DNA of 64,000 nucleotides from contig OY969474.1 of assembly GCA_963700145.1 (NCBI GenBank), positions 4,960,001 through 5,024,000 of the forward strand, in the 5' to 3' direction. The stretch comes from an uncultured Acidobacteriota bacterium. GTDB lineage: Bacteria > Acidobacteriota > Thermoanaerobaculia > Multivoradales > UBA5704. The notes below the pieces were generated by a model. The model was not told where the DNA came from. It ran no database searches and was given only the letters and a program-made list of their open reading frames with translations. The first letter of the stretch is position 1, and each line of letters opens with the position of its first letter. Positions 17,839 through 26,201 of the stretch are shown here, in pieces. Both the position numbers and the translations under genes were made by a program.

Positions 17839-19296
17839 CTATGGATGCGGCGCGAACACGGCATGGAAGCCGGGGGTGATCGGGGCGGCCAGCGGCAGGA
17901 CGGCGCGCGGTCCGGCGGCGAGGTCGAAGGCGTCGAAGACCAGCCAGGAGCTGGCGCGGCGCTCGGCATCGAAGAGGTGGCAGACGGCAACGCCGCGCAG
18001 CGAGCCGTCGTGCTCGGTTTCCGGTGCGAGTACCACGACCGGCTCGCTCGCCAGGTACCGTCCCGGCGGCGGCTGCCAGACGTCCTGGGTCTCCGGGTCC
18101 GCCCACGAGAGGCGCACGAGCTGGTCGAAGAACTTGCGCCCCGGCCGGCCGGTGGCGGCGATGCCGAGGAGCCAGAGGTCGTCGCACGGTCGCTCCGCCA
18201 GGCGGAGGTCGATCGACGGGAAGTCCGGCGCGTTGCCGTAGGGCAGCTCGCGCCGCTCGACGAGGGCGCCGGCCTCCAGGTCCACCACCAGCCGCACCGG
18301 CCACCCCTCCGCCACGTCGCGGAAGAGCTCGGGGACCGGCGCGTACTGGTCGTAGACCGGCCGCTCCAGCTCGAGCAGGTCGACGACCAGCCGCCCGCGC
18401 GCGTCCTCGAAGGCGTTTGCCGTGTGCAGGCAGTAGCGGCCGCCGAGCGGCAGCTCGGCCACCGCCTCCAGCGTGTCGCGCGCCACGACGAGCAGCCGGC
18501 TGCCGAGCTCCGGCCGCCAGTCGAGCGCCTCCAGCAGCGGCGCGCCGCCGGCGAGGGCGGCCATGTCGAGCAGGTAGGGCGAGAGGTAGAAGACGGCGTA
18601 TCGCGGCGCCAGGGCGAAGTCGTGGAGCGAGCACGGGTACGGCAGCGGCAGCCGCTTGCGCGCCGCCAGCTTGCCGCCGGCGGTGCAGCGGTAGACGTTG
18701 AGCGCCGGCTCGGCGCCGGCGAAGGAGACGCCGAAGTTCCACAGCTCGCCGGTCGCCGGGTCGAGCTTGGGGTGCGCCGAGAAGGGAGCGATCGGGCCGA
18801 GGCCACCGCCGAAGGTGTAGGGGCCGCGGGTCGCCAGCGTCTCCGGGTCGATCTCCCAGGGTAGCCCCTGCTCGCCGCAGGCGAGGAGCGTGCCGGCGTA
18901 GGGCAGCACGCTGACGTTGACCGGCGACTCCAGGGCGATGCCGCGCAGCAGCCGGTCGCCGGGGAAGGCGGTACCGAAGGCGCGAAAGAGCGCCCGCCCC
19001 GCCTCCTCCTCTGCCGTCCACTTGACGCTGCGCACGAAGCGGCAGGTGAAGCGGACGCCGTCCTCTCCGAAGCGTAGGGCCTCGACCAGCCCGTCGCCGT
19101 CGAGCCAGTGGCGGTAGCGCAGGCCGCCGCGCTCGAACCGCCCGGGGCCGTTGACGTAGAGCGTGCCGCGCAGCCAGTCGGGCAGCTCGCCGGCGACCGC
19201 GACCGCCTCGCTCCGCTCCTCGGGCAGGAAGTCGAAGGCGCGCTCGAGGTGGGGCGCGTAGTCCGCGTCCCCGGGCGCCCGCGCCGGCTCGCTCAT
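17839..19296 (-). CDS. Carotenoid oxygenase (RPE65/CCD/LSD family)
   Basis: GTLYVNGPG, HWLDGDG, four iron-ligand His (SAHPK, LHDF, LHTAN, GFHA), DFP and SEP. Confidence 0.93.
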   Translation of the reverse strand: MSEPARAPGDADYAPHLERAFDFLPEERSEAVAVAGELPDWLRGTLYVNGPGRFERGGLRYRHWLDGDGLVEALRFGEDGVRFTCRFVRSVKWTAEEEAGRALFRAFGTAFPGDRLLRGIALESPVNVSVLPYAGTLLACGEQGLPWEIDPETLATRGPYTFGGGLGPIAPFSAHPKLDPATGELWNFGVSFAGAEPALNVYRCTAGGKLAARKRLPLPYPCSLHDFALAPRYAVFYLSPYLLDMAALAGGAPLLEALDWRPELGSRLLVVARDTLEAVAELPLGGRYCLHTANAFEDARGRLVVDLLELERPVYDQYAPVPELFRDVAEGWPVRLVVDLEAGALVERRELPYGNAPDFPSIDLRLAERPCDDLWLLGIAATGRPGRKFFDQLVRLSWADPETQDVWQPPPGRYLASEPVVVLAPETEHDGSLRGVAVCHLFDAERRASSWLVFDAFDLAAGPRAVLPLAAPITPGFHAVFAPHP

Positions 19297-21101
19297 CGCG
19301 CCGCCGCCGCGGCCTCCATCGTCTCCTCCGGCTCGACCTCCACGTCCTCGCCGGCGGGCCGCCGGAAGCGCGCCATGCAAGCGGGCTCGATCTGCCAGGG
19401 GGAATCGCCCGCCGGCAGGTCCTTGCAGGCCTGCCAGCGCGCTGCCATCGCCTCCGGGTCGAAGACCAGGTTCGCGACGTCGATGCCGCGCACGTACTCG
19501 GCGTGGTGGACCAGCCGCGGCTCGTCCAGCACGACGGCGGCGACGTGCGCGGCGACGAAGCGCGCCAGCTCCTCCAGGTTGCCGGTCTGCTCGTCGAGCA
19601 CGCGGAACGCTTCGTTGAAGTCGGCGCCCTGCCGGTAGAAGCAGTCGGCCGCGGCGCGGAGCTGCCAGGCCTCGGTGAACTCGAAGTAGACGGGCCCTTG
19701 CGGCGGCAGCATCCGCCGCTCCTTCTTCCAGTTGTAGAAGCCGACCAGCAGCGTGAGGACCCCGAGGTTGAGCGGCCCGAGGTGGCCGAAGCGCCGCAGG
19801 AAGCCGGGGAGGAACCGCTTGTCGGTGAAGAGGTCGTTGATGAAGGGGAAGACGAAGAAGGCGAAGTAGATCGTCAGCTCCCAGACGTAGCGCAGGGTGT
19901 AGCACTCCTGGTCCCCGAGCAGGTCCTGCGACACCGCGAAGCTCGGCACGTAGGCCTGGTAGACCGCGCGCGCCAGCCCCTCGTAGAGCGGGACCTTCTC
20001 CTCCAGCTCCTTGCGGTCCGCGGTCAGGATGGCGTCCGAGACGATCGTGTTGTAGATCGAGATCAGGTCGCCGCCGGGGCTGTAGAGGGGGTCGGTGAAG
20101 CGGCAGGCCTCGCCGGTCATCGACCAGCCGGCCGCCGAGAGCGTCTCCGCGCAGTCGTGGGCGAAGTCGGCGAAGCCCGAGTGGTAGATGACCTTCCGCT
20201 GTGGCAGGTCGCGGGCGAACATCGGGATGTTGCGGCACACCCAGTCGATCAGCTTGTCGGCGGTGTTGACCTCTTTCCACGGCACGCGCTCGGTGTCGAA
20301 GACCAGCCCCAGGCTGGTCTTGCCGTGCAGCGGGATCTCCCAGAACCAGTAGCCCTCGCCGCAGAAGTGGTTGGTGGCGAGGAACGTCGGGACGTGCCCC
20401 AGATTGTGGCGGTCCTTGCGCTTGCGGATGCCGGCCGCGTCGAGGTCGGTCAGCTTCTCGGGGTCGAGCAGCCCCTCCACCCAGAGGAACGAAGAGCCGT
20501 GGCGGATCGGGCTCTTGCGCATCAGCCCCCTGCGCTTGGCGAGCAGGCGGCCGCGGCCGCTGTTGTCGGCCACCCAGCGCGCGCGGCCGGCGATCGGGCC
20601 GTCGGGGGTCTGGACGCGGAAGGGGTGCGGGCCCTGCTCCTCCTGCAGCTCCAGCTCGATGTTCGTCGCCTCGGTCACCAGCCGGAAGCTCGGGTGCTCC
20701 TGGTTGACGCGCAGCACCTCGGCCTCGAAGGCGTTGCGGTCGAGCTGGTAGGTGACGATGTTCGACAGGTGCCGGATGTAGGACTGGCTCTGCTCCTCCC
20801 AGCGCGTGGCGCCGCCCGGCGGCTGCCAGTAGAAGCGCAGGTTGTACTTCATGTAGTGGTGGCGGAGGAGGTGCTCCTCGAGCTCCAGCACGCGCGCGTA
20901 GTAGTAGCCGGAGACCTGCACCGTGGCCTCCCCCACCTTCTGCTCCAGCGGCGGCACGACCGCCCGCCGGTCGAGCATCAGGATGCGCATCTCGGGGCGC
21001 TTCAAGAGGAGCTGGCGCGCCAGCGTCAGGCCGGCCAGGCCGGCGCCGATCACCAGCACGTCGTAGTCCTCGACCCGGGTTTGCTGCCGCGTCTCATCCA
21101 T
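19293..21101 (-). CDS. Flavin-dependent halogenase-like enzyme
   Basis: GAGLAG, KVGEAT, HYMKYNLRF (candidate catalytic Lys), WFWEIP (WxWxIP) and FTDPLYSPG. Confidence 0.82.
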   Translation of the reverse strand: MDETRQQTRVEDYDVLVIGAGLAGLTLARQLLLKRPEMRILMLDRRAVVPPLEQKVGEATVQVSGYYYARVLELEEHLLRHHYMKYNLRFYWQPPGGATRWEEQSQSYIRHLSNIVTYQLDRNAFEAEVLRVNQEHPSFRLVTEATNIELELQEEQGPHPFRVQTPDGPIAGRARWVADNSGRGRLLAKRRGLMRKSPIRHGSSFLWVEGLLDPEKLTDLDAAGIRKRKDRHNLGHVPTFLATNHFCGEGYWFWEIPLHGKTSLGLVFDTERVPWKEVNTADKLIDWVCRNIPMFARDLPQRKVIYHSGFADFAHDCAETLSAAGWSMTGEACRFTDPLYSPGGDLISIYNTIVSDAILTADRKELEEKVPLYEGLARAVYQAYVPSFAVSQDLLGDQECYTLRYVWELTIYFAFFVFPFINDLFTDKRFLPGFLRRFGHLGPLNLGVLTLLVGFYNWKKERRMLPPQGPVYFEFTEAWQLRAAADCFYRQGADFNEAFRVLDEQTGNLEELARFVAAHVAAVVLDEPRLVHHAEYVRGIDVANLVFDPEAMAARWQACKDLPAGDSPWQIEPACMARFRRPAGEDVEVEPEETMEAAAAAR

Positions 21102-22332
21102 CGCTGCCTCCCTCCGGCCGGTTGCGGCCGTACTCCTCGTGCGCGCCCACGAACTCCCCGGAGGCGAGCGCCGCGGCGAGCGACAGCTCGCCGGCCAGCA
21201 GGGTCGCGGCGACGATCTCGGCCAGCTTGCACGCGCCACCGGCACCGGCGCAGCCCAGCAGCTCCAGGCACTCGCGGGCCGTGCCCTCGCCGGTGCCGCC
21301 GCCGACGGTGCCGACGGTGAGCGCCGGCAGCACCACGCTGGCGTAGAGGTCTCCGGCCTCCGTCAGCTCGAGCTGGGTCGTGCCGACCGCGGCGTTGGCG
21401 AGGTTCGCCACGTCCTGGCCGCAGGCGATGAAGATCGCGGCCAGACCGTTGGCGAAGTGACCGTTGTAGCCGACCACGCCCGCCTGCAGGTTGCCGACCA
21501 GCGTCGTGCGCCAGAGCTGCACCAGCCGCCGCGGCTCGCTGTTGAGGTAGGCGCGCACCAGCCGGCCCGGCAGGTGCGCCCCCGCCATCACCGTCTTCCC
21601 CTTGCCGCCGGCGAGGAGCGAGGCGCCGGCGTGCTTCTCCGACTCCATGCCGCTGAACAGCAGGTAGTCGCGCGCCAGCCCCTTGGCGACGATCCAGCGG
21701 CAGGCGCGGTCGGCGGCCTTCGCGATCATGTTCATGCCGTGCGCGTCGCCGGTCGAGAAGCAGAAGTGCACCATCACCTCGCGCCCCACGGCCCGCGGCT
21801 CGAGGCGCAGCAGGCGGCCGTGGCGGGTCGTCGCCTCGGCCTCGGCGCGGATCTCGGGCAGCAGCTCCTGGAGCCGGAGGCAGAGGTCGGCGGCCTGCCC
21901 GACGTCGTCGAGGAAGAAGACGGGCGAGATGCGGTTCTCGTCGCGGGTGACGCGGGCGGCGACGCCGCCGGCGCGGCTGAGCAGCACCATGCCGCGCTCG
22001 TAGGAGCGGACCAGCGCGCCTTCGGTCGTGGCGAAGGGGACGTAGAAGACGCCGCGGGCGTGGTCGCCGTTGACCAGCAACGGCCCGGCCAGGCCGAGCG
22101 GCACCTGCGCGGCGCCGATCGGGTTCTCGACGTTGCCGCGCATCGCGCGGCCGTCGATCGAGTGCGCGCCGACGTGCGCCAGGGGGACGCCGCACCGCTC
22201 CTCGATCCAGCGGCGGCGCGCGGCGATCTGCTCCGGCTCGTACCCCTGCTCCGCGAAGCGCGGCACCAGGTCGGCGCGAGCGGCGTCCGGCTCCAGCGGA
22301 ACGGCGTGCGGGCGCGGCGACGGCGGCGCCAT
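21094..22332 (-). CDS. HMG-CoA reductase-like (class I) protein, copy 1
   Basis: GNVENPIG, TTEGALV, DAHGMNM, GQD, GTVGGGT, GELS and AHEEYGR. Confidence 0.9.
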   Translation of the reverse strand: MAPPSPRPHAVPLEPDAARADLVPRFAEQGYEPEQIAARRRWIEERCGVPLAHVGAHSIDGRAMRGNVENPIGAAQVPLGLAGPLLVNGDHARGVFYVPFATTEGALVRSYERGMVLLSRAGGVAARVTRDENRISPVFFLDDVGQAADLCLRLQELLPEIRAEAEATTRHGRLLRLEPRAVGREVMVHFCFSTGDAHGMNMIAKAADRACRWIVAKGLARDYLLFSGMESEKHAGASLLAGGKGKTVMAGAHLPGRLVRAYLNSEPRRLVQLWRTTLVGNLQAGVVGYNGHFANGLAAIFIACGQDVANLANAAVGTTQLELTEAGDLYASVVLPALTVGTVGGGTGEGTARECLELLGCAGAGGACKLAEIVAATLLAGELSLAAALASGEFVGAHEEYGRNRPEGGSDG

Positions 22333-23552
22333 CAGGCCGGCCCCGCGAAGACGACGGCGCAGCAGTGGCCGTCCCAGCCGACACCGCTGGCGAGCGCGCG
22401 GCGGGCCGCGACCGGGCGGGCGGCGGCGGCGAGGCCGCCGAGCGCGCAGCCGTCCTCGGTCGCTTCGAGCCCGGCGACGCCGGGCAGCTCACCGGTGCGG
22501 AAGGTCTCGAGCAGCGCCACCGCCTGGAAGCCGCCCGAGGCGCCGAGCGCCTCGCCGAGCGCGCCCTTGACCGCGGTCACCGGCACCGCCGCGGCCGCGC
22601 GGCCGAGCGCCGCCGCCAGCCCCGCCGCCTCGGCGCGGTCGCCCTCCGGGCTGCCGTTGGCCGCCGCGGAGACGCAGTCGATCTCCTCCGCCGCGAGGCC
22701 GGCCTGCCCGAGCGCCAGGCCGACGGCGCGCGCCACCGCGCCGGCGCGGGCGGCGGGAGAGGGGGCGAAGGCCTGGCCGTGCGCCACCACCTCGGCCAGC
22801 ACGGTCGCGCCGCGCGCCGCCGCCGACTCGGCGTCCTCCAGCATCAGCAGGGCCGCGCCCTCGGAGAGGGCGAAGCCGTTGCGCCGCCGGTCGAAGGGGA
22901 CCGGCCGCTCGGCGCCGTCGGGCCGCGGTCCGCAGAGGCGCCCGGCGCGGAAGCAGCCGAGGAACGACTCGAAGCACAGCTCCTCGGCGCCGCCGGCCAG
23001 CAGCGCGTCGGCGCGGCCGCCGGCGATCAGGTCGGCGGCGTGGGCGATCGCCATGAGCCCCGAGGCCTCGCCGCCGGAGAGCGTCGAGTTGACGCCGCGC
23101 AAGCGGTGCCAGATCGCGGCCTGCCCGGCGGCGGCGTTGATGACGCTGTTGGCGAAGTCCATCGGGCTGGCGTACCCCGGCCCCAGCTGCTGCCCGCGCC
23201 GGTCGAACTCCGCGATCGTCCGCACACTGCAGAAGGTGGTGCCCAGGACCAGCCCCACCTCGCGCTCGTCCAGCCGCTCGGGCGTCCAGCCGGCCGACGC
23301 CAGCGCCTGCCCGGCCGCCACGAGCAGCAGCCGCGAGGTGCGGTCGACGGGCCGCAGGTTCCGGTCGCCGAGGTAGGCGCGGGCGTCGAACGGGCGGATC
23401 TCCCCGGCCCGCACGGCCCCCAGGCCGTTGGTCGGAAAGAGCTCCACCGGCTTGAGCGCGCTCTCCCCGGCGCACAGCGCCGCGTGCAGGGCGGAAGGAG
23501 AATCGCCGAGTGGGGAAATAACCCCGGCGCCCGTGACCACGACCCTCCTCAC
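22332..23552 (-). CDS. Non-catalytic ketosynthase homolog (chain-length-factor-like)
   Basis: KS fold (VVVTGAG, PFDRRRNGFALSEGA) with GGEASG at the Cys position, SAAANGS for AHGTGT and LGEALG for LGH. Confidence 0.85.
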   Translation of the reverse strand: MRRVVVTGAGVISPLGDSPSALHAALCAGESALKPVELFPTNGLGAVRAGEIRPFDARAYLGDRNLRPVDRTSRLLLVAAGQALASAGWTPERLDEREVGLVLGTTFCSVRTIAEFDRRGQQLGPGYASPMDFANSVINAAAGQAAIWHRLRGVNSTLSGGEASGLMAIAHAADLIAGGRADALLAGGAEELCFESFLGCFRAGRLCGPRPDGAERPVPFDRRRNGFALSEGAALLMLEDAESAAARGATVLAEVVAHGQAFAPSPAARAGAVARAVGLALGQAGLAAEEIDCVSAAANGSPEGDRAEAAGLAAALGRAAAAVPVTAVKGALGEALGASGGFQAVALLETFRTGELPGVAGLEATEDGCALGGLAAAARPVAARRALASGVGWDGHCCAVVFAGPA

Positions 23553-23569
23553 AGGTCAACCCCCTGCAT

Positions 23570-23747
23570 TGTCATCCTGAGCGAGAGCGAACCCGAATTC
23601 CGGTCAGTGCCTGCTCCGGCAGGCGACCGCTCGGGTAGCGGAGCCCATGAGTGGGCTCCGCAAGGATCTGGGCGGGGGGCGGCGCACAGACGCAGCGATC
23701 TCGCGCCACCCTGCCCCCCAGATCCCTCGCTCTCGCTCGGGATGACA
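23570..23747. repeat. Palindromic MITE/REP-like element between KS and CLF
   Basis: 21-bp terminal inverted repeats TGTCATCC(T/C)GAGCGAGAGCGA with one mismatch; internal hairpin GCGGAGCCCA-TGAG-TGGGCTCCGC. Confidence 0.85.
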
Positions 23748-23766
23748 GGCAGTCGCGTATCGCCGT

Positions 23767-24984
23767 TCACAGCTCGCAGCTCCGGAAGATCACCGACGCA
23801 TTATTCCCCCCGAAGGCGTAGGCGTTGTTCATCGTCACCCGCACGTCCAGCTTTCGCGCCGCGTTCGGCACCACGTCCAGATCGCACTCCGGGTCCGGCT
23901 CCTCGTAGTTCATCGTCGGCGGCACCCGGCCCGTCGCGATCGCCAACGCGCACACTACCGACTCGATCGCCGACGCCGCCCCCATCGTGTGGCCCAGCAT
24001 CGACTTCACCGAGCTCATCGGCGGCACCCCACCCTCACCAAACACCCGCTGCACCGCGATCGTCTCCAACCGATCGTTCGTCGGCGTCCCCGTGCCGTGC
24101 GCGCTGATGTAGCTCACCTCGTCCGGCGCCACCCCCGCGTCCGCCAGCGCCCGCTCCATCGCCCGCGCCGCTCCGTCACCCTCCGGGTGCGCCGCCGTCA
24201 TGTGGTGCGCGTCGCACGACAGGCCATACCCCGCCACCTCGGCGTAGATCCGCGCTCCCCGCCCGACCGCCCGCTCCAAGGGCTCCAGCACCAGGACCGC
24301 CGCTCCTTCCCCAGGGATCATCCCCTTCCGGTTCTTGTCGAACGGCCGGCAGAGGTCCGGGGCGATCGCCCCGAGACGGAAAAAGCCCGTGTAGGTGATC
24401 CGCGAGAAGGCGTCCGCGCCGCCGGCCAGCATCAGGTCCGCGCGCCCGGCCCGCAGCACGTCCAAGGCGTGCGCCACCGCGTAGTTGCCCGCCGCGCAGG
24501 CCGCCGGGATCATCGTGTTGACCCCGCCGAACCCCAGCTCCTGGCCGACGTGCGCCGCGATCATGTGGCAGGGGTAGAGGCCCATGAACTCCGGACCCAC
24601 TTGGTCCAGCTCGCCGGCGAGATAGCGGTCGTCGAAGCGCTCGACCTCCACCGGCTCGCCCGAGGTCGTCCCCATCGAGACCCCGGCGCGCTCGGGCTCC
24701 ACCGCCTCGGCCTCCAGACCGGCGTCGGCCAGCGCCATTCGCGCCGCCGCCACCGCGAATTGCGAGGCCCGTCCCAGCGCCGCGGGGTCGAGCGTGCGCA
24801 CCCACGCCGCCGGCTCGAAGCCGCGCACCTCGGCGCCGAGGTGGACGTTGAACCGCCCGGTGTCGAAGGACTCGACCGGCGTGAAGCCGCTGCGCCCCGC
24901 CAGCAGCCCCGACCACAGCTCGTCCGCCCCCGTGCCGACCGGCGTCACCGCCCCGAGGCCGGTGACGACGATCCGCCGCTTCAT
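23767..24984 (-). CDS. Beta-ketoacyl-ACP synthase (FabF/type II KS-like)
   Basis: AACAAG, AHGTGT and KSMLGH triad; AFGGNN; ATGA overlap with the ACP gene. Confidence 0.95.
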   Translation of the reverse strand: MKRRIVVTGLGAVTPVGTGADELWSGLLAGRSGFTPVESFDTGRFNVHLGAEVRGFEPAAWVRTLDPAALGRASQFAVAAARMALADAGLEAEAVEPERAGVSMGTTSGEPVEVERFDDRYLAGELDQVGPEFMGLYPCHMIAAHVGQELGFGGVNTMIPAACAAGNYAVAHALDVLRAGRADLMLAGGADAFSRITYTGFFRLGAIAPDLCRPFDKNRKGMIPGEGAAVLVLEPLERAVGRGARIYAEVAGYGLSCDAHHMTAAHPEGDGAARAMERALADAGVAPDEVSYISAHGTGTPTNDRLETIAVQRVFGEGGVPPMSSVKSMLGHTMGAASAIESVVCALAIATGRVPPTMNYEEPDPECDLDVVPNAARKLDVRVTMNNAYAFGGNNASVIFRSCEL

Positions 24985-25268
24985 GCCGAGGCCGCCTGCG
25001 CTCCCACGGCCAGCTCCTCGAGGCGCTCGCTGACGAGGGCGACCATGTCGGGGATGCTGCGGACCTCCTTGAAGCGCTCGTCGGGGAGACCGAGCTGGAA
25101 GGCGTAGTCGACGTCGACCCCGATCTCGAGCAGCGACAGCGAGTCGAGGTGCAGGTCCTCCCGCAGGGACGCCTCGTCGCCGATCCGTTCGACGTCGAGC
25201 CCGGCCACGTGTGCGATGACGTCCTTGATGCGGTCCCGGATGGCCGCTTCGTCCGTGCGATGGTCCAT
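24981..25268 (-). CDS. Acyl carrier protein, copy 1
   Basis: DLHLDSLSLLEI; AGGAGG RBS before ATG 25268. Confidence 0.93.
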   Translation of the reverse strand: MDHRTDEAAIRDRIKDVIAHVAGLDVERIGDEASLREDLHLDSLSLLEIGVDVDYAFQLGLPDERFKEVRSIPDMVALVSERLEELAVGAQAASA

Positions 25269-25321
25269 GCCCGTCCTCCTGGGATGTGTGAGCCGCGCTC
25301 TCGAAATCAAAAGAGGCGGCG

Positions 25322-25350
25322 ATGTTAACCCGGCCCGTCGCGGGCCTCAA
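25322..25350 (-). promoter_or_regulatory. Sigma70-like promoter candidate for the ACP-KS operon
   Basis: TTGAGG-N17-TAACAT, about 54 nt upstream of the ACP1 ATG. Confidence 0.45.
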
Positions 25351-25487
25351 GCCGGCGCGTGCGGCAGTCCGCCGCAAACCGGTGCCTGCTTTGGCGTTGC
25401 GGGCGCCAATGCGTTACAGGCCGCGGCGCGGCAACGTGGCGCGGCAGCGCAAGAGAAAACCTTAACAATCGGAAGGACAGAATGCTC

Positions 25488-26201
25488 TTAAGGGCGCAAC
25501 TTGCGCGCGAGCGCGGCCGGCGCGGCGGCCAGCCAGACGAGTCCGGCGGCGAGCGCGCCCGCGGCCTCGACCGCCAGCGCCGCGAGCCAGAGGAGCGCCG
25601 CGGCGAGCCCCCAGAGCACCAGCCACGGCACGGCGAGGAGGCGCCCGCCGGCGGGGAGCGCCGCGGCGAGACTGGCGAGGACGCCGGGGCCGCTCGTCTC
25701 GACCGGCCCGCACCCCTCCTCGCCGCCGCATTCGTAGCGGCTCTCCGGCGCGCCGGCGACGGCATACGCCGCCTCTTCCATCGGATGGCCGCGGTAGCGG
25801 AAGCGGCACGCCGCGGCGTGCGCCAGGTAGAGGGGGATGAACGGCCGCAGGAGGCCCGGGCCGCGCCCGCTCTCCTGCATCTGCAGGGCGTGGAAGGCCT
25901 CGTGCAGCAGGAGGCTCCTGCCGCCGTGCGACTCTGGGTCCCAGGCGCGCGGGTGGACGTAGATGCGGGCGCGGCGCAGCGACAGCGTCGCCGGCAGCGT
26001 GATGCCGCTGTGCCGCAGGCCCCGCAGCAGGTGCGGGAAGCCGCGGTGGAAGGTGACGGCCGAGAGGTCGAGCGTCGGGTAGACGCGGGCGAGCAGGGCC
26101 AGCAGCTCCGGCGGCGGCTCCGCCCGCTCGGGGAAGAACCAGCGCCAGACCGTAGCGCCCGGCCTACGTGCCGGGCGTTCCCCGGACGGAGGCGCGCTCA
26201 C
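25488..26201 (-). CDS. DUF4157-like HExxH zincin-type protein with C-terminal hydrophobic segment
   Basis: LDLSAVTFH, GITL, LLLHEAFHALQ and HPMEEAAY; GTGA overlap with the upstream gene. Confidence 0.72.
   Translation of the reverse strand: MSAPPSGERPARRPGATVWRWFFPERAEPPPELLALLARVYPTLDLSAVTFHRGFPHLLRGLRHSGITLPATLSLRRARIYVHPRAWDPESHGGRSLLLHEAFHALQMQESGRGPGLLRPFIPLYLAHAAACRFRYRGHPMEEAAYAVAGAPESRYECGGEEGCGPVETSGPGVLASLAAALPAGGRLLAVPWLVLWGLAAALLWLAALAVEAAGALAAGLVWLAAAPAALARKLRP
26152..26178 (+). repeat. GTAG-family REP, copy 1
   Basis: GTAGCGCCCGGCCTACGTGCCGGGCGT; three more copies in the window. Confidence 0.85.

Noticed and set aside
14375-22332. Ordinary mevalonate or carotenoid biosynthesis cluster
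   Set aside because: No HMG-CoA synthase, mevalonate kinases, IDI, crtE or crtB in the window, and the genes are coupled to ACP/KS instead; not excluded genome-wide
25374-25388. Sigma54 promoter upstream of ACP1 (AGGCACCGGTTTGC, minus strand)
   Set aside because: GG-to-GC spacing is 9 nt, not the required 10
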